In this document: piece after piece, positions 9,687 to 17,538 of the stretch
Position numbering within the stretch: the stretch's first letter is position 1
How the letters are laid out: each line of letters starts with the position of its first letter
Source: Bellilinea caldifistulae
GTDB taxonomy: Bacteria; Chloroflexota; Anaerolineae; Anaerolineales; Anaerolineaceae
Length of the DNA stretch: 32,000 bases
Direction of reading: 5' to 3'
Assembly: GCF_001306055.1 (NCBI RefSeq)
Contig: NZ_LGHJ01000008.1
Location: 60,001-92,000 of the forward strand
Position numbers and translations under genes: made by a program
The notes under the pieces: generated by a model
Told to the model about the DNA's origin: nothing
The model's input: only the letters and a program-made list of their open reading frames with translations
Databases searched by the model: none

Positions 9687-10540
9687 CGATTATTTACCTG
9701 CTTGGACTTGCGACCGCAACCTTGCTGATCGTCTTATGGGTCGAGTTTGTGCCTAGCCTTCCCTCGGGTAGAGCGGCGCGCTATCTTCGCGAGAGCGACC
9801 AGCCAGCAAATCCCGAGCTGCCCGGTTGGCGGAAGTGGCTGGCCTGGCTGGATCGCCCCACAGCGCGCTGGGCTCCCGGTTCGATTCTCAGGCGGACGAA
9901 AGCAGACCTCTATTTTGCCCAGCTTGCCGGTAAGTGGCAGGGCTGGGACGAAGTTCAGTTTACCTCCCTCAGGGTTGCCCTGGCTTTAGGCGCGCTCGTG
10001 TTTGGGTTGCTGGTCTATGACGACCTGATTCCGAGTGTAATCGCTGCCTTGTTGGGTTGGCAGGTGCCTGTGGTGCTATTGGGCGGCGTCGCTCGCCGGG
10101 TGCGCCGGCGTTTCCAGGCGCAGCTCCCTGAATTCATCCAGCTCGTGGCGGCCCAGATGGCTGTTGGCGTCTCTTTGGAAGAAGCTCTACGGCGAACCGC
10201 CCAGATGGACAGCCTGGCTGCGCAGTGGATGCGCCACGTGCTGAAGATGTCTCAGGGCCGCGTCATCTTCACCCAGTTGCAGAAGGAAGCCCAGGCTTCG
10301 AATATGCCTGACTTGATCGGGCTGGCAGTGCAGTTGGAATTCGTGCGCTTGGGAACCGCCCAGCAAGAGCTGATGGCGCAGATGGCCAATCGCATCGCTG
10401 CAGAATATACCGGCGGAGCGGAACAGCGCGCCGAGCGTGTCGGCGCGGAGCTGGTCATTCCCATGGTGGTTTTCTATTTCTTGCCCTTCATTGCCGTCAT
10501 CCTGGCTTTGATCGGCTGGCCGATATTGGCAACGTTGTAA
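9683..10540 (+). CDS. tadC: TadC-like platform protein (T2SS-F domain)
   Basis: It has an ATGA overlap with tadB and the same TM / helical domain / TM layout (LPEFIQLVAAQMAVGVSLEEALRRTA). Confidence 0.8.
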   Translation: MTIIYLLGLATATLLIVLWVEFVPSLPSGRAARYLRESDQPANPELPGWRKWLAWLDRPTARWAPGSILRRTKADLYFAQLAGKWQGWDEVQFTSLRVALALGALVFGLLVYDDLIPSVIAALLGWQVPVVLLGGVARRVRRRFQAQLPEFIQLVAAQMAVGVSLEEALRRTAQMDSLAAQWMRHVLKMSQGRVIFTQLQKEAQASNMPDLIGLAVQLEFVRLGTAQQELMAQMANRIAAEYTGGAEQRAERVGAELVIPMVVFYFLPFIAVILALIGWPILATL

Positions 10541-10554
10541 AGGATTGTGAGGGT

Positions 10555-10710
10555 ATGCCAATGACGATTACAGAATACTTCGCGGCGCGTGCCGTAGCGA
10601 TTGCGGGTTCCACCTTTGCCTTGGGACTTACCCTGGGGTGGTTTCTCGCCATCCTGCACTTCGGCGGCTCATCCAGCTCATCAAACAAGCGAGATCGAGA
10701 CGAGGATTGA
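10555..10710 (+). CDS. possible small membrane protein with Flp-like TEY N-terminus
   Basis: This ORF is not in the track. It translates as MPMTITEYFAARAVAIAGSTFALGLTLGWFLAILHFGGSSSSSNKRDRDED. AAGGA/GAGGG lie upstream, and the alternative ATG is at 10561. It fills an otherwise empty 175-nt gap in the operon. Confidence 0.3.
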   Translation: MPMTITEYFAARAVAIAGSTFALGLTLGWFLAILHFGGSSSSSNKRDRDED

Positions 10711-10714
10711 GCGG

Positions 10715-11275
10715 ATGAAAGACCGATTGGGGCTGGCTTTCTTCACCTTTGCGGCGGTTGTTTCGGCTTTGGCTGCCTGGGAACAGCCGACCATCCTGGC
10801 CTGGCTGGCAGCTATGCATAACGCCATCCTGGCAGCGCTCTACGCCCGGCGTAAACCGGCGAAGAGTTACGATCAGCGTGGCTTGTGGTTGGGGATACTG
10901 GCTGCTGTACTGCCGCTGGCAACCCTCTATCCGGCTCAGATGCCTGTGCCAATCTTAATCGTCGGTCTACTTGGGTACGGTTTGGTGCTCTGGTCTTTGC
11001 TTGCCTTGGGGGGCAGCTTTGGCATTGGGCCCGCTGACCGCGGTCTGGTCATTCAAGGACCTTATCGTTATATCCGCCACCCTATGTACCTGGGAGAGCT
11101 GATCTTACGGGCTGCCCTAGTAGTCTCTTCGCCTCAACTGCTGCTTGCTGCAACACTACTGTTTGCGCTGATGATTATTCAGGGTGCACGCGCCCTTCGG
11201 GAAGAGCGCATCATCAATGCCTATAACACTTATGCCAGCCAGGTGCGATACCGGCTGATCCCGGGAGTATGGTAA
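10715..11275 (+). CDS. ICMT/PEMT-family membrane methyltransferase
   Basis: It carries the signature GPYRYIRHPMYLGELI of the isoprenylcysteine carboxyl / phospholipid methyltransferase families and several TM helices. The start is trimmed to MKDRLG, with GAGGA 8 nt upstream. Confidence 0.8.
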   Translation: MKDRLGLAFFTFAAVVSALAAWEQPTILAWLAAMHNAILAALYARRKPAKSYDQRGLWLGILAAVLPLATLYPAQMPVPILIVGLLGYGLVLWSLLALGGSFGIGPADRGLVIQGPYRYIRHPMYLGELILRAALVVSSPQLLLAATLLFALMIIQGARALREERIINAYNTYASQVRYRLIPGVW

Positions 11276-12480
11276 TGGAGCTGCAACTGCTGCCCCTGAT
11301 CAGCTACTTCATAGCCGCGGCGTACTTAGCCGCCTGGTTATTCCACCAGTCGTGGGCGCTTGTGGGGCAGCTACGCGCCTGGATATTCCACCATAAGGCG
11401 GCCGGCAGAGTCCTGTCGTTGAGCGCACTGCGGGAAACCAACGATCGGTTTGGAATATTGCTCAAGATCCTTGCTGCAGCCATCGGTATTTTCATCGCGA
11501 ACCGGGCAGTGATCTGGATATCCAGAGAGTGGCTTATCCTGGTATTGGTGGCTGCTGCGGTTTTGAGTGAGGAATTTCGACCTTCGAGGATTGCAATAAA
11601 TCTGCTGGCGGTTACAGTTTTGATGGACCGAATCCACGTTTATACCGAATCGGGTAATGATCTATTCGAGGTGCTATCAAGGGCTGTTCAGGATCTGCCA
11701 GAGGGAGAAGTACAACAGGCGCTGCGAGAAGCCTTACACAGGCGGCGCAGTGGTCTTGCTGCCCAGGAATGTCTGGCATTATTGAGCGGGATCGATCCTC
11801 ATCTGGATGAGTTTGTGCTCACATTGAAACATATCAACTTGCAAACAGGACCTGTTCTGGTTCAGGTGGCTGATCGACTGCACCAGCGCGCGGGTCGAGG
11901 GTGGGATCGCGCCAGCCGGTTTATGCTGACGAAGGAGCATGTCTGGCCTTATCTGCGCATTCTCAGAGCAGCCATCGTAGCCGCTATCATCGTCTTAGAC
12001 TATAACGGCGTCTCCTTGCATTTTAATGCCTGGCCAAGCCACATTACGGCTTTGTGGCTCGGATTGGGACTGATCGCTGCCGGCTTGTTACTCTATTTCA
12101 TCCTCACCAGCAGTTGGCCAAGGCGGGTACTGGCAGTGTTCCTGCTGTTGCTTGTCTCATTCCCCGTTATGAACAGGATCGGTATCCAGAGCCCGTGGTG
12201 GCTCCAGCTAAAAACGGTTACCCATGTCTCGGAAAATCTCATGGCTTCAGAATCCATGGTTGGTGTATCGGTGTCGCAAGAGCAGGTGCAAACTGGGCAT
12301 AAGGGTTTCCCAGAGCAGGAACTTTTGTCTCGAAGCAATTTAAGCTCTGTTCTTCTTCCTGTCCCCACACCATCAATGACCATCACGAACACCGATACAA
12401 CAACTTATTCACTACCATCAAAGGTCTCAGAAGCAGATCTGGAGGAGTTGTGTTGCCATCGTATTTACCAGCCCAGATAA
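11269..12480 (+). CDS. membrane protein, possible third TadB/C-like (T2SS-F-like) paralogue with Ser/Thr-rich tail
   Basis: TM helices flank a helical segment (LFEVLSRAVQDLPEGEVQQALREALHRRRSGL...GPVLVQVADRLHQRAGR) that resembles the T2SS-F fold pattern. The start overlaps the upstream stop. Confidence 0.5.
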   Translation: MVMELQLLPLISYFIAAAYLAAWLFHQSWALVGQLRAWIFHHKAAGRVLSLSALRETNDRFGILLKILAAAIGIFIANRAVIWISREWLILVLVAAAVLSEEFRPSRIAINLLAVTVLMDRIHVYTESGNDLFEVLSRAVQDLPEGEVQQALREALHRRRSGLAAQECLALLSGIDPHLDEFVLTLKHINLQTGPVLVQVADRLHQRAGRGWDRASRFMLTKEHVWPYLRILRAAIVAAIIVLDYNGVSLHFNAWPSHITALWLGLGLIAAGLLLYFILTSSWPRRVLAVFLLLLVSFPVMNRIGIQSPWWLQLKTVTHVSENLMASESMVGVSVSQEQVQTGHKGFPEQELLSRSNLSSVLLPVPTPSMTITNTDTTTYSLPSKVSEADLEELCCHRIYQPR

Positions 12481-12989
12481 TCGCCTGGGCGCTTCTGCTG
12501 GCCTGGCTGGCGATATGCGTGATTTTCGACCTGCGCTCTCGGCAGGTGCCAGCCTTCCTGACCGTCTTGCCGCTAATCCTGGCTGCTGTATGGCAATTAA
12601 TCCAGGGCGGCTGGCAGCTTGTGGTTCTGGTGGCGCTCCTGGTCTTGATATCTGATCTGCCCCAGGCAAAATGGCGCATACCGGTCGCCTGTGCTTCCAC
12701 AGTCCTGGGTCTATGCATTGCAGGGTCGCCGAGCATCGTGTATGCCATGCTGGTTGTTTTTGCTGTCTGGGCGCTGTGGGAGATCGGTGCATCCGGCGGC
12801 GCAGACGCCAAGATCATCATTGCTTTGGTGTTGTTCTTCGCCGACGGATTGCTGTTTATCCCGATTGTCCTGGTGGGCGGCGTCCAGGGACTGGTAGGGT
12901 TGGTTGCCAGGCGGAAAACCATTCCCTATACCGTCGCGATTGCTGTGGGGACGGTCGCCTGGCTGTGGATGATCAGCTATTCCGGTTAA
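12450..12989 (+). CDS. tadV: A24-family prepilin peptidase (TadV/CpaA-like)
   Basis: Both catalytic Asp contexts are present (VIFDLRSRQVP and GGADAKIIIAL). It is all-TM, and GGAGGAG at 12441-12447 precedes the start. Confidence 0.8.
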   Translation: MLPSYLPAQIIAWALLLAWLAICVIFDLRSRQVPAFLTVLPLILAAVWQLIQGGWQLVVLVALLVLISDLPQAKWRIPVACASTVLGLCIAGSPSIVYAMLVVFAVWALWEIGASGGADAKIIIALVLFFADGLLFIPIVLVGGVQGLVGLVARRKTIPYTVAIAVGTVAWLWMISYSG

Positions 12990-13019
12990 CCAAACTCAAA
13001 GAAAGGAGGTGAACAAGTC

Positions 13020-13166
13020 ATGCGTTTCTTACGAGATCGTGCAGCCATTGAAACATCGGAAGTGGCAGTAATTATCGCCGTGGTCGTGCTGGTGGCTTAC
13101 GGAGCTTACCAGCTCCTGGGCGCCCGCATCGCCCAGGTCGTCCAGGATGTCGCTGGACGGTTATGA
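13020..13166 (+). CDS. flp: Flp-family pilin (48 aa)
   Basis: It is below the ORF-track size cut-off. AAGGAGGTG at 13003-13011 precedes the ATG. The translation is MRFLRDRAAIETSEVAVIIAVVVLVAYGAYQLLGARIAQVVQDVAGRL, with a short charged leader, an AIE motif and a hydrophobic helix. It lies between the peptidase and tadE. Confidence 0.7.
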   Translation: MRFLRDRAAIETSEVAVIIAVVVLVAYGAYQLLGARIAQVVQDVAGRL

Positions 13167-13173
13167 ACAACCT

Positions 13174-13210
13174 GCTGGCAAGGGTGGGGTATGGTTCTGC
13201 CCTTGCCAGC
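13174..13210 (+). terminator. stem-loop immediately after flp (attenuator-type, no U tract)
   Basis: GCTGGCAAGGG (13174-13184) pairs perfectly with CCCTTGCCAGC (13200-13210) around a 15-nt loop. Confidence 0.4.
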
Positions 13211-13238
13211 GCCTTACTTGATTATCAGGAGGTCGAAA

Positions 13239-13637
13239 ATGCGATTTCTATTCTCTAAACGTGCGATTGAGACATTGGAAGCTGCCATCACTTTCCCGAT
13301 CGCCATCCTGGTCATGCTTGCGACGGTTAACCTGGGGATGGTGGTGTATGGTCAGCAAGCGGTGCAAGCAGCCGCCCGGCATGGGGCCCGCATGGGTAGC
13401 GTGGCGCAGCAGTGCGGCGCTTGCTATGCCGCCAGCGCAGCCAGCAGCGCTATCGATAGCGACCCAATCGTCAAAGAACCCAGCGTGGCCATCCTTTCCC
13501 CAGGCGGAGTGGCCGGCAGTATCCTGAGCGTGCGGGTTTCGGGCACAATCCCCAGCTTCCTGGGCACCCTGGTTCCCGGATTGCCCGGCAATTTTCCAGT
13601 TTCGGCGGAAGCGACCTTCCGGCAGGAGGGATGGTAA
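13239..13637 (+). CDS. tadE: TadE-like pseudopilin
   Basis: AGGAGG precedes ATG 13239. The N-terminus MRFLFSKRAIETLEAAITFPIAILVMLATVNLG matches the TadE N-terminal pattern. Confidence 0.75.
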   Translation: MRFLFSKRAIETLEAAITFPIAILVMLATVNLGMVVYGQQAVQAAARHGARMGSVAQQCGACYAASAASSAIDSDPIVKEPSVAILSPGGVAGSILSVRVSGTIPSFLGTLVPGLPGNFPVSAEATFRQEGW

Positions 13638-14080
13638 TGATGCTCAAGCTGCTGCAAGATAAACGCGCTTACTCGTTGACCTTCTGGACAGTCTTCTTTG
13701 GCTTTGTCCTGATCCCGATCATGGCTTTAGGGATCGAGCTGGGCCGTTACTACTACGCCAGGGCGGAGATAGCCAAGGCAGCCGATGCCGCCGCCCTGGC
13801 TGCCGCTGCGGAAATAAGCCAAAGGGTGTTTGAGGAAACGGGGGACTTGCAGCCTACCAGTAAAACCTGGGCTAACGCCCAGGCCTTTGCCAGTATGAAT
13901 AACGGCTACCTGGCGCAGTATGGGGTAAATGCGGTCGTGACAGGGATAACGGTGGACGCAAAGGATGATACGGTATTGGTGCAGGTATCTGCGAATCTGG
14001 AAAGACTATTTCCAAGCGTGGTGCCGGGTGTGATTGTCACAGAGAGAGGCTTTGCCAAAATTCGCGCATTTACGCATTGA
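13631..14080 (+). CDS. tadG: TadG-like (Tad_N) pilus assembly protein
   Basis: TFWTVFFGFVLIPIMALGIELGRYYYARAEIAKAADAAALAAAAEI matches the TadE/G-like N-terminal pattern. ATG candidates are at 13631, 13637 and 13640. Confidence 0.7.
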   Translation: MVMMLKLLQDKRAYSLTFWTVFFGFVLIPIMALGIELGRYYYARAEIAKAADAAALAAAAEISQRVFEETGDLQPTSKTWANAQAFASMNNGYLAQYGVNAVVTGITVDAKDDTVLVQVSANLERLFPSVVPGVIVTERGFAKIRAFTH

Positions 14081-14227
14081 ATTCCTTATTGCTCTCTGTT
14101 TATAATCTTCGGACAAGAGAACGACTGAATAGGGGCACAAAGCTTGGCTGTGGTTAGAAATAGGGAAGAGAACACCTGGGGTCGCTTCTGGCGAAACTTG
14201 CCGTTAGTGGTGGAGCAGCTACACAAT

Positions 14228-14947
14228 TCAATCACCCGTTCGCCACGAGCTCACGTGATCGTTCAAAGCATAGAAACTGGAGCAATTCGGTCCACAGGAA
14301 TATGTCGGTCCGGTGTAATTGGTGAAGTCGAAAACCTCGAGCACGTTGCACCCTGAGTACGAACTACCTGAAGCAAATTTGTTATCCAGATTGCTAGGGA
14401 GTGATGTCTTCCCGTAACTGATCGAGGTTGAACAACCAGAAGGACCGTAATACTCTACCAGGAGAGATCCATAGTTCGTGTTATCGTAGAATTTAGCAAT
14501 CAGGTAGCTTGAGTCAAGCGAGATACCATTGATCGAATCAATCGGGCCGCTGGAGCAAACCGGTTCCGATTCCTTAGATTCTTGTTCGCCAGGTTGGATC
14601 GGCTCAAGGAAGAACACACAGCGGTACACTGATTCCTGGGACGGGCCAAAGACCACTTCGCTCTTTTCAGTTGGCTCGTATGGCATTATTTCCCAGCCTT
14701 CATCTCCTGGTTTGATGGGCTCGAGGAATTCAACCTGCGCTTCTGTGATGGGCTCACATCTCTGGTCACTGGTCGTCGAGCTCGAATCTCCTGTCTGGAT
14801 CGGCTCGAGGTTGACAACCTGAGCATAGCCAGGGGGACATTCCAGCTCTGCTCCGATGTTCTCAGCAGAGGCCCTATGGATCGCATATGCCATCAGGCCG
14901 CCCGCCAGGACGAGAATCCCAATAGCTAACAGTATTTTTCGCAGCAT
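14228..14947 (-). CDS. secreted protein with three LEPIxPG repeats and C-terminal beta/gamma-crystallin-like Greek-key motifs
   Basis: GGAGGTG lies upstream and the signal peptide is MLRKILLAIGILVLAGGLMAYA. The repeats are NLEPIQTGD, FLEPIKPGDE and FLEPIQPGEQ. Two motifs (FYDNTNYGS...; FDFTNYTGPTY...LNDHVSSWR) resemble Greek-key signatures. Confidence 0.6.
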   Translation of the reverse strand: MLRKILLAIGILVLAGGLMAYAIHRASAENIGAELECPPGYAQVVNLEPIQTGDSSSTTSDQRCEPITEAQVEFLEPIKPGDEGWEIMPYEPTEKSEVVFGPSQESVYRCVFFLEPIQPGEQESKESEPVCSSGPIDSINGISLDSSYLIAKFYDNTNYGSLLVEYYGPSGCSTSISYGKTSLPSNLDNKFASGSSYSGCNVLEVFDFTNYTGPTYSCGPNCSSFYALNDHVSSWRTGD

Positions 14948-15031
14948 ATTTGCACCTCCTGAAATAGATTTGATTTAGCTGCTCCACCGATTTCAGGATA
15001 GCAAATTAGGTGTCAAGTCTTTGTTAAGTGT

Positions 15032-16258
15032 TTATGAATTGGGGAAATCGCCCTTATCTGCGGGCAGCCAGATCGTAAAGATGCTGCCCACACCCGGTGT
15101 ACTTGTTACCTCAATATGACCGCGGTGTAACTGTATAATATGAGCTGCGATGGATAAGCCCAGTCCAGCTCCCCCCTTGTGCTGGTCACGTGATTTGTCC
15201 ACCCGGTAGAATCGCTCGAAAATGTGAGGAAGTTCTTCTGAAGGAATTCCGATTCCCGTATCTGAAACTCTGATCAGGATCCATCCTTCCCGTCGTTGGA
15301 CGGCGACCTTAACAGAACCACCAGAATGATTATAGCGGATTCCATTCTCTATCAGATTGCTTATTGCTCTAACCAGTAGAGGCCCGTTGGCCAGAAGCGT
15401 CTCTTCATGCACTGACTCTAGGTGTAAAGTCACCCCGCAGCTTTGCGCCAGAAGGCGGTTTTCTTCCAGGGTCTCCTCTATCAAGACACCCAGGTCGACG
15501 GGTTCCAGCCGCAACTCTTTTTCCCCACTGGTCAGCAAGAGGAGATCCTCCACCAATCTTTCCAATCTTGTTAAGGCTCGATCCTGGACGGCAGCGGCCT
15601 GTCGGTAGTCGGCCAGAGAAGCCTCAGAATCCTGTTGGAGCACTTCTAGGTTCATGCGCAGAGTTGCCAGTGGGGTGCGCAATTCGTGGGCTGCATCGGC
15701 CACAAATTGACTTTGTTGTTCGAAAGCCCGTTCCAGGCGCGCCAGCATGTCATCGAAAGCATCAGCCAGTTCTTTCACCTCATCTTGCGGCCCATCCAGG
15801 GAGAGCCGCCGATGAAGCGTGTCGGCTCGGATTTGTCGAACCAAGTCGCCAAGATTATGCACTGGGTGTAATGCTTGAAGGGTGATCCAATAAGCGCCCA
15901 AGGCTCCCAGCAGGGTGAAAATTCCTACCCCGATCAGTGAGATGATGCGCACTTCCCGGATGGCGATCTCCTGGACCTGTTCGGCAACCGGCGCTACCTC
16001 TGCAAATGGCACGAGCGTTTGAGTTTCTGAAGGAGCTGGCGAAGAGCGCGTGGGTACCAATTCAAAGGACTGCTCAGTCGGCGCCAGCAGCTCGACGCTA
16101 ACCGCCCGAGGCAACCTGGCGGCCGTCAGGCTGTTGATAAGCACGATCAGCCCCAGGCCCATCGCAAACAACAAACCGGCCGTCCAGAGCGTCAATCTCC
16201 GGTGCAGCGTAAAGGACCTGGCAAGAGTATGCCGTGTATTTCCTAAAAACACCCTCAT
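15032..16258 (-). CDS. sensor histidine kinase (TM-HAMP-HisKA-HATPase)
   Basis: The H-box is AAHELRTPLATL, the N-box is NLIENGIRYN, and G-boxes are DTGIGI and GGAGLGLSIA. It has a 4-nt overlap with the regulator gene. Confidence 0.9.
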   Translation of the reverse strand: MRVFLGNTRHTLARSFTLHRRLTLWTAGLLFAMGLGLIVLINSLTAARLPRAVSVELLAPTEQSFELVPTRSSPAPSETQTLVPFAEVAPVAEQVQEIAIREVRIISLIGVGIFTLLGALGAYWITLQALHPVHNLGDLVRQIRADTLHRRLSLDGPQDEVKELADAFDDMLARLERAFEQQSQFVADAAHELRTPLATLRMNLEVLQQDSEASLADYRQAAAVQDRALTRLERLVEDLLLLTSGEKELRLEPVDLGVLIEETLEENRLLAQSCGVTLHLESVHEETLLANGPLLVRAISNLIENGIRYNHSGGSVKVAVQRREGWILIRVSDTGIGIPSEELPHIFERFYRVDKSRDQHKGGAGLGLSIAAHIIQLHRGHIEVTSTPGVGSIFTIWLPADKGDFPNS

Positions 16259-16944
16259 GACAGATCCTCTTCTGGTACAAGGAGGCGATAACCCTGTCCG
16301 GTTACTGTTTCGATGAAGCGCGGCTTTTTAGCTGTATCTCCAAGTTTACGGCGCAGCGAATGGATGTGAGTCCGTACACTGGCGGTGAACAGGTTTACGT
16401 CCTCACTCCATACGTGCTCGATCAATTCCTCCTGGCTGACGACCTTGCCGGGATTGCGCATCAAATATTCCAGAATAGCCAGTTCCTTGCGAGTGAGCTC
16501 TAAACGTCGCTTCCCTTGCCAGGCTGTTCGGCTGGCTGGGTCTAATTTCAATTCACCAGCGCGTAAAATTGGTTCCCGCACCCGCAGATCACGCCTCATC
16601 AATGCCCGGATGCGGGCTACCAATTCTTCAAAATGGAAAGGCTTGATTAAATAATCATCCGCGCCCAGGTCTAAACCGGCCACTTTATCTTCAAGCCGGC
16701 TGCGAGCTGTCAACATCAAAATAAGTAGCTGTGGCTGTTTGGTGCGCAGTTGGCGGCAGATATCGAGTCCATCCATGCCAGGCAAATTGAGATCCAGGAT
16801 CAACAAGTCGTACTCATTGACCTCCGCCAGCTCCAGGCCCTGCTCGCCATCCGCGGCAAGATCCACCGCATAGCCAAGTTTTCGCAGGCCACGCGCCAGT
16901 GCATTTGCAAAGTCGACTTCATCTTCGATAATCAGGAGTTTCAT
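16255..16944 (-). CDS. OmpR/PhoB-family response regulator
   Basis: The receiver is MKLLIIEDE...DLLILDLNLPGMDG...LTAR, followed by a winged-helix C-terminus (LTRKELAILEYL...GQGYRL). Confidence 0.95.
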   Translation of the reverse strand: MKLLIIEDEVDFANALARGLRKLGYAVDLAADGEQGLELAEVNEYDLLILDLNLPGMDGLDICRQLRTKQPQLLILMLTARSRLEDKVAGLDLGADDYLIKPFHFEELVARIRALMRRDLRVREPILRAGELKLDPASRTAWQGKRRLELTRKELAILEYLMRNPGKVVSQEELIEHVWSEDVNLFTASVRTHIHSLRRKLGDTAKKPRFIETVTGQGYRLLVPEEDLS

Positions 16945-16955
16945 TGCTCAAATGG

Positions 16956-16964
16956 ATTATAGCA
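16956..16964 (-). promoter_or_regulatory. extended -10 (TGCTATAAT) for the regulator-kinase operon, very short leader
   Basis: On the - strand, TGCTATAAT ends 11 nt before ATG 16944. There is no Shine-Dalgarno in between, and the -35 is poor. Confidence 0.35.
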
Positions 16965-17134
16965 GCAATCAAACTACCGGTTGTGCATGCCTGCCACACC
17001 CCTTCACATGACCTTGCAATCATCATAACGGGCCAGGGGTTAAATTTCTGTTAAGCTTTGATGTGAAAGTGGAAAGGGTTTTGAGATGAGGAATCAACTC
17101 TTTCGAGAAATGGAACGGAAAAATTAGGCAGAAC

Positions 17135-17365
17135 GGAGACCCGACGCCCATCTGGACCAACGCCCAGGCCTTTGCCAGCATGAATAATAGTTACATGGCG
17201 CAATACGGTGTGCATGCCGTAGTGACAGGTATTATGGTAGATGCTAGTGAGGATACGGTGCTGGTGCAGGTGTCCGCAAATTTAGAGAGGTTGTTTCCAA
17301 GCGTGGTGCTGGAGGTGGTTGTTACCGAAAACGGATTTGCTAAAATAAGAGCATTTACCAGATAG
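17135..17365 (+). pseudogene. orphan diverged copy of the tadG 3' end
   Basis: It translates as ..NGDPTPIWTNAQAFASMNNSYMAQYGVHAVVTGIMVDASEDTVLVQVSANLERLFPSVVLEVVVTENGFAKIRAFTR, against residues GDLQPTSKTWANAQAFASMNNGYLAQYGVNAVV...RAFTH of 13631..14080. It has no N-terminal domain and no RBS. Weaker similarity may reach back to about 17075. Confidence 0.65.
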
Positions 17366-17408
17366 GTGATCAGGATAAAATATCATAATGAAACTTTAGT
17401 AAATACTA

Positions 17409-17438
17409 TTGACAAACTATGTAAACTAATGCTATAAT
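17409..17438 (+). promoter_or_regulatory. sigma70-type promoter (TTGACA-N18-TGcTATAAT)
   Basis: TTGACA lies at 17409-17414 and TATAAT at 17433-17438, preceded by TG (extended -10). It sits in an AT-rich gap about 100 nt upstream of the first gene of the + strand module. Confidence 0.55.
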
Positions 17439-17472
17439 CTCAGCAATCGAATAATTCAGTCACATACACGTT

Positions 17473-17517
17473 GGCCGGGACACTCCTGCTGGAGATACGT
17501 TCCGGCCGTTTTTGTTT
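17473..17517 (+). terminator. terminator-like hairpin plus U tract inside the 5' leader (attenuator or short RNA)
   Basis: GGCCGG at 17473-17478 pairs with CCGGCC at 17502-17507, with further inner pairs. GTTTTTGTTT follows at 17508-17517. The element lies between the promoter and the RBS (AGGAGG) of ATG 17539. Confidence 0.45.
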
Positions 17518-17538
17518 AACCACTTTTAGGAGGCTACC

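Noticed and set aside
14144-14356. 70-aa + strand ORF after tadG
   Set aside because: It overlaps the 3' end of the better-supported - strand secreted-protein gene and has no ribosome site.
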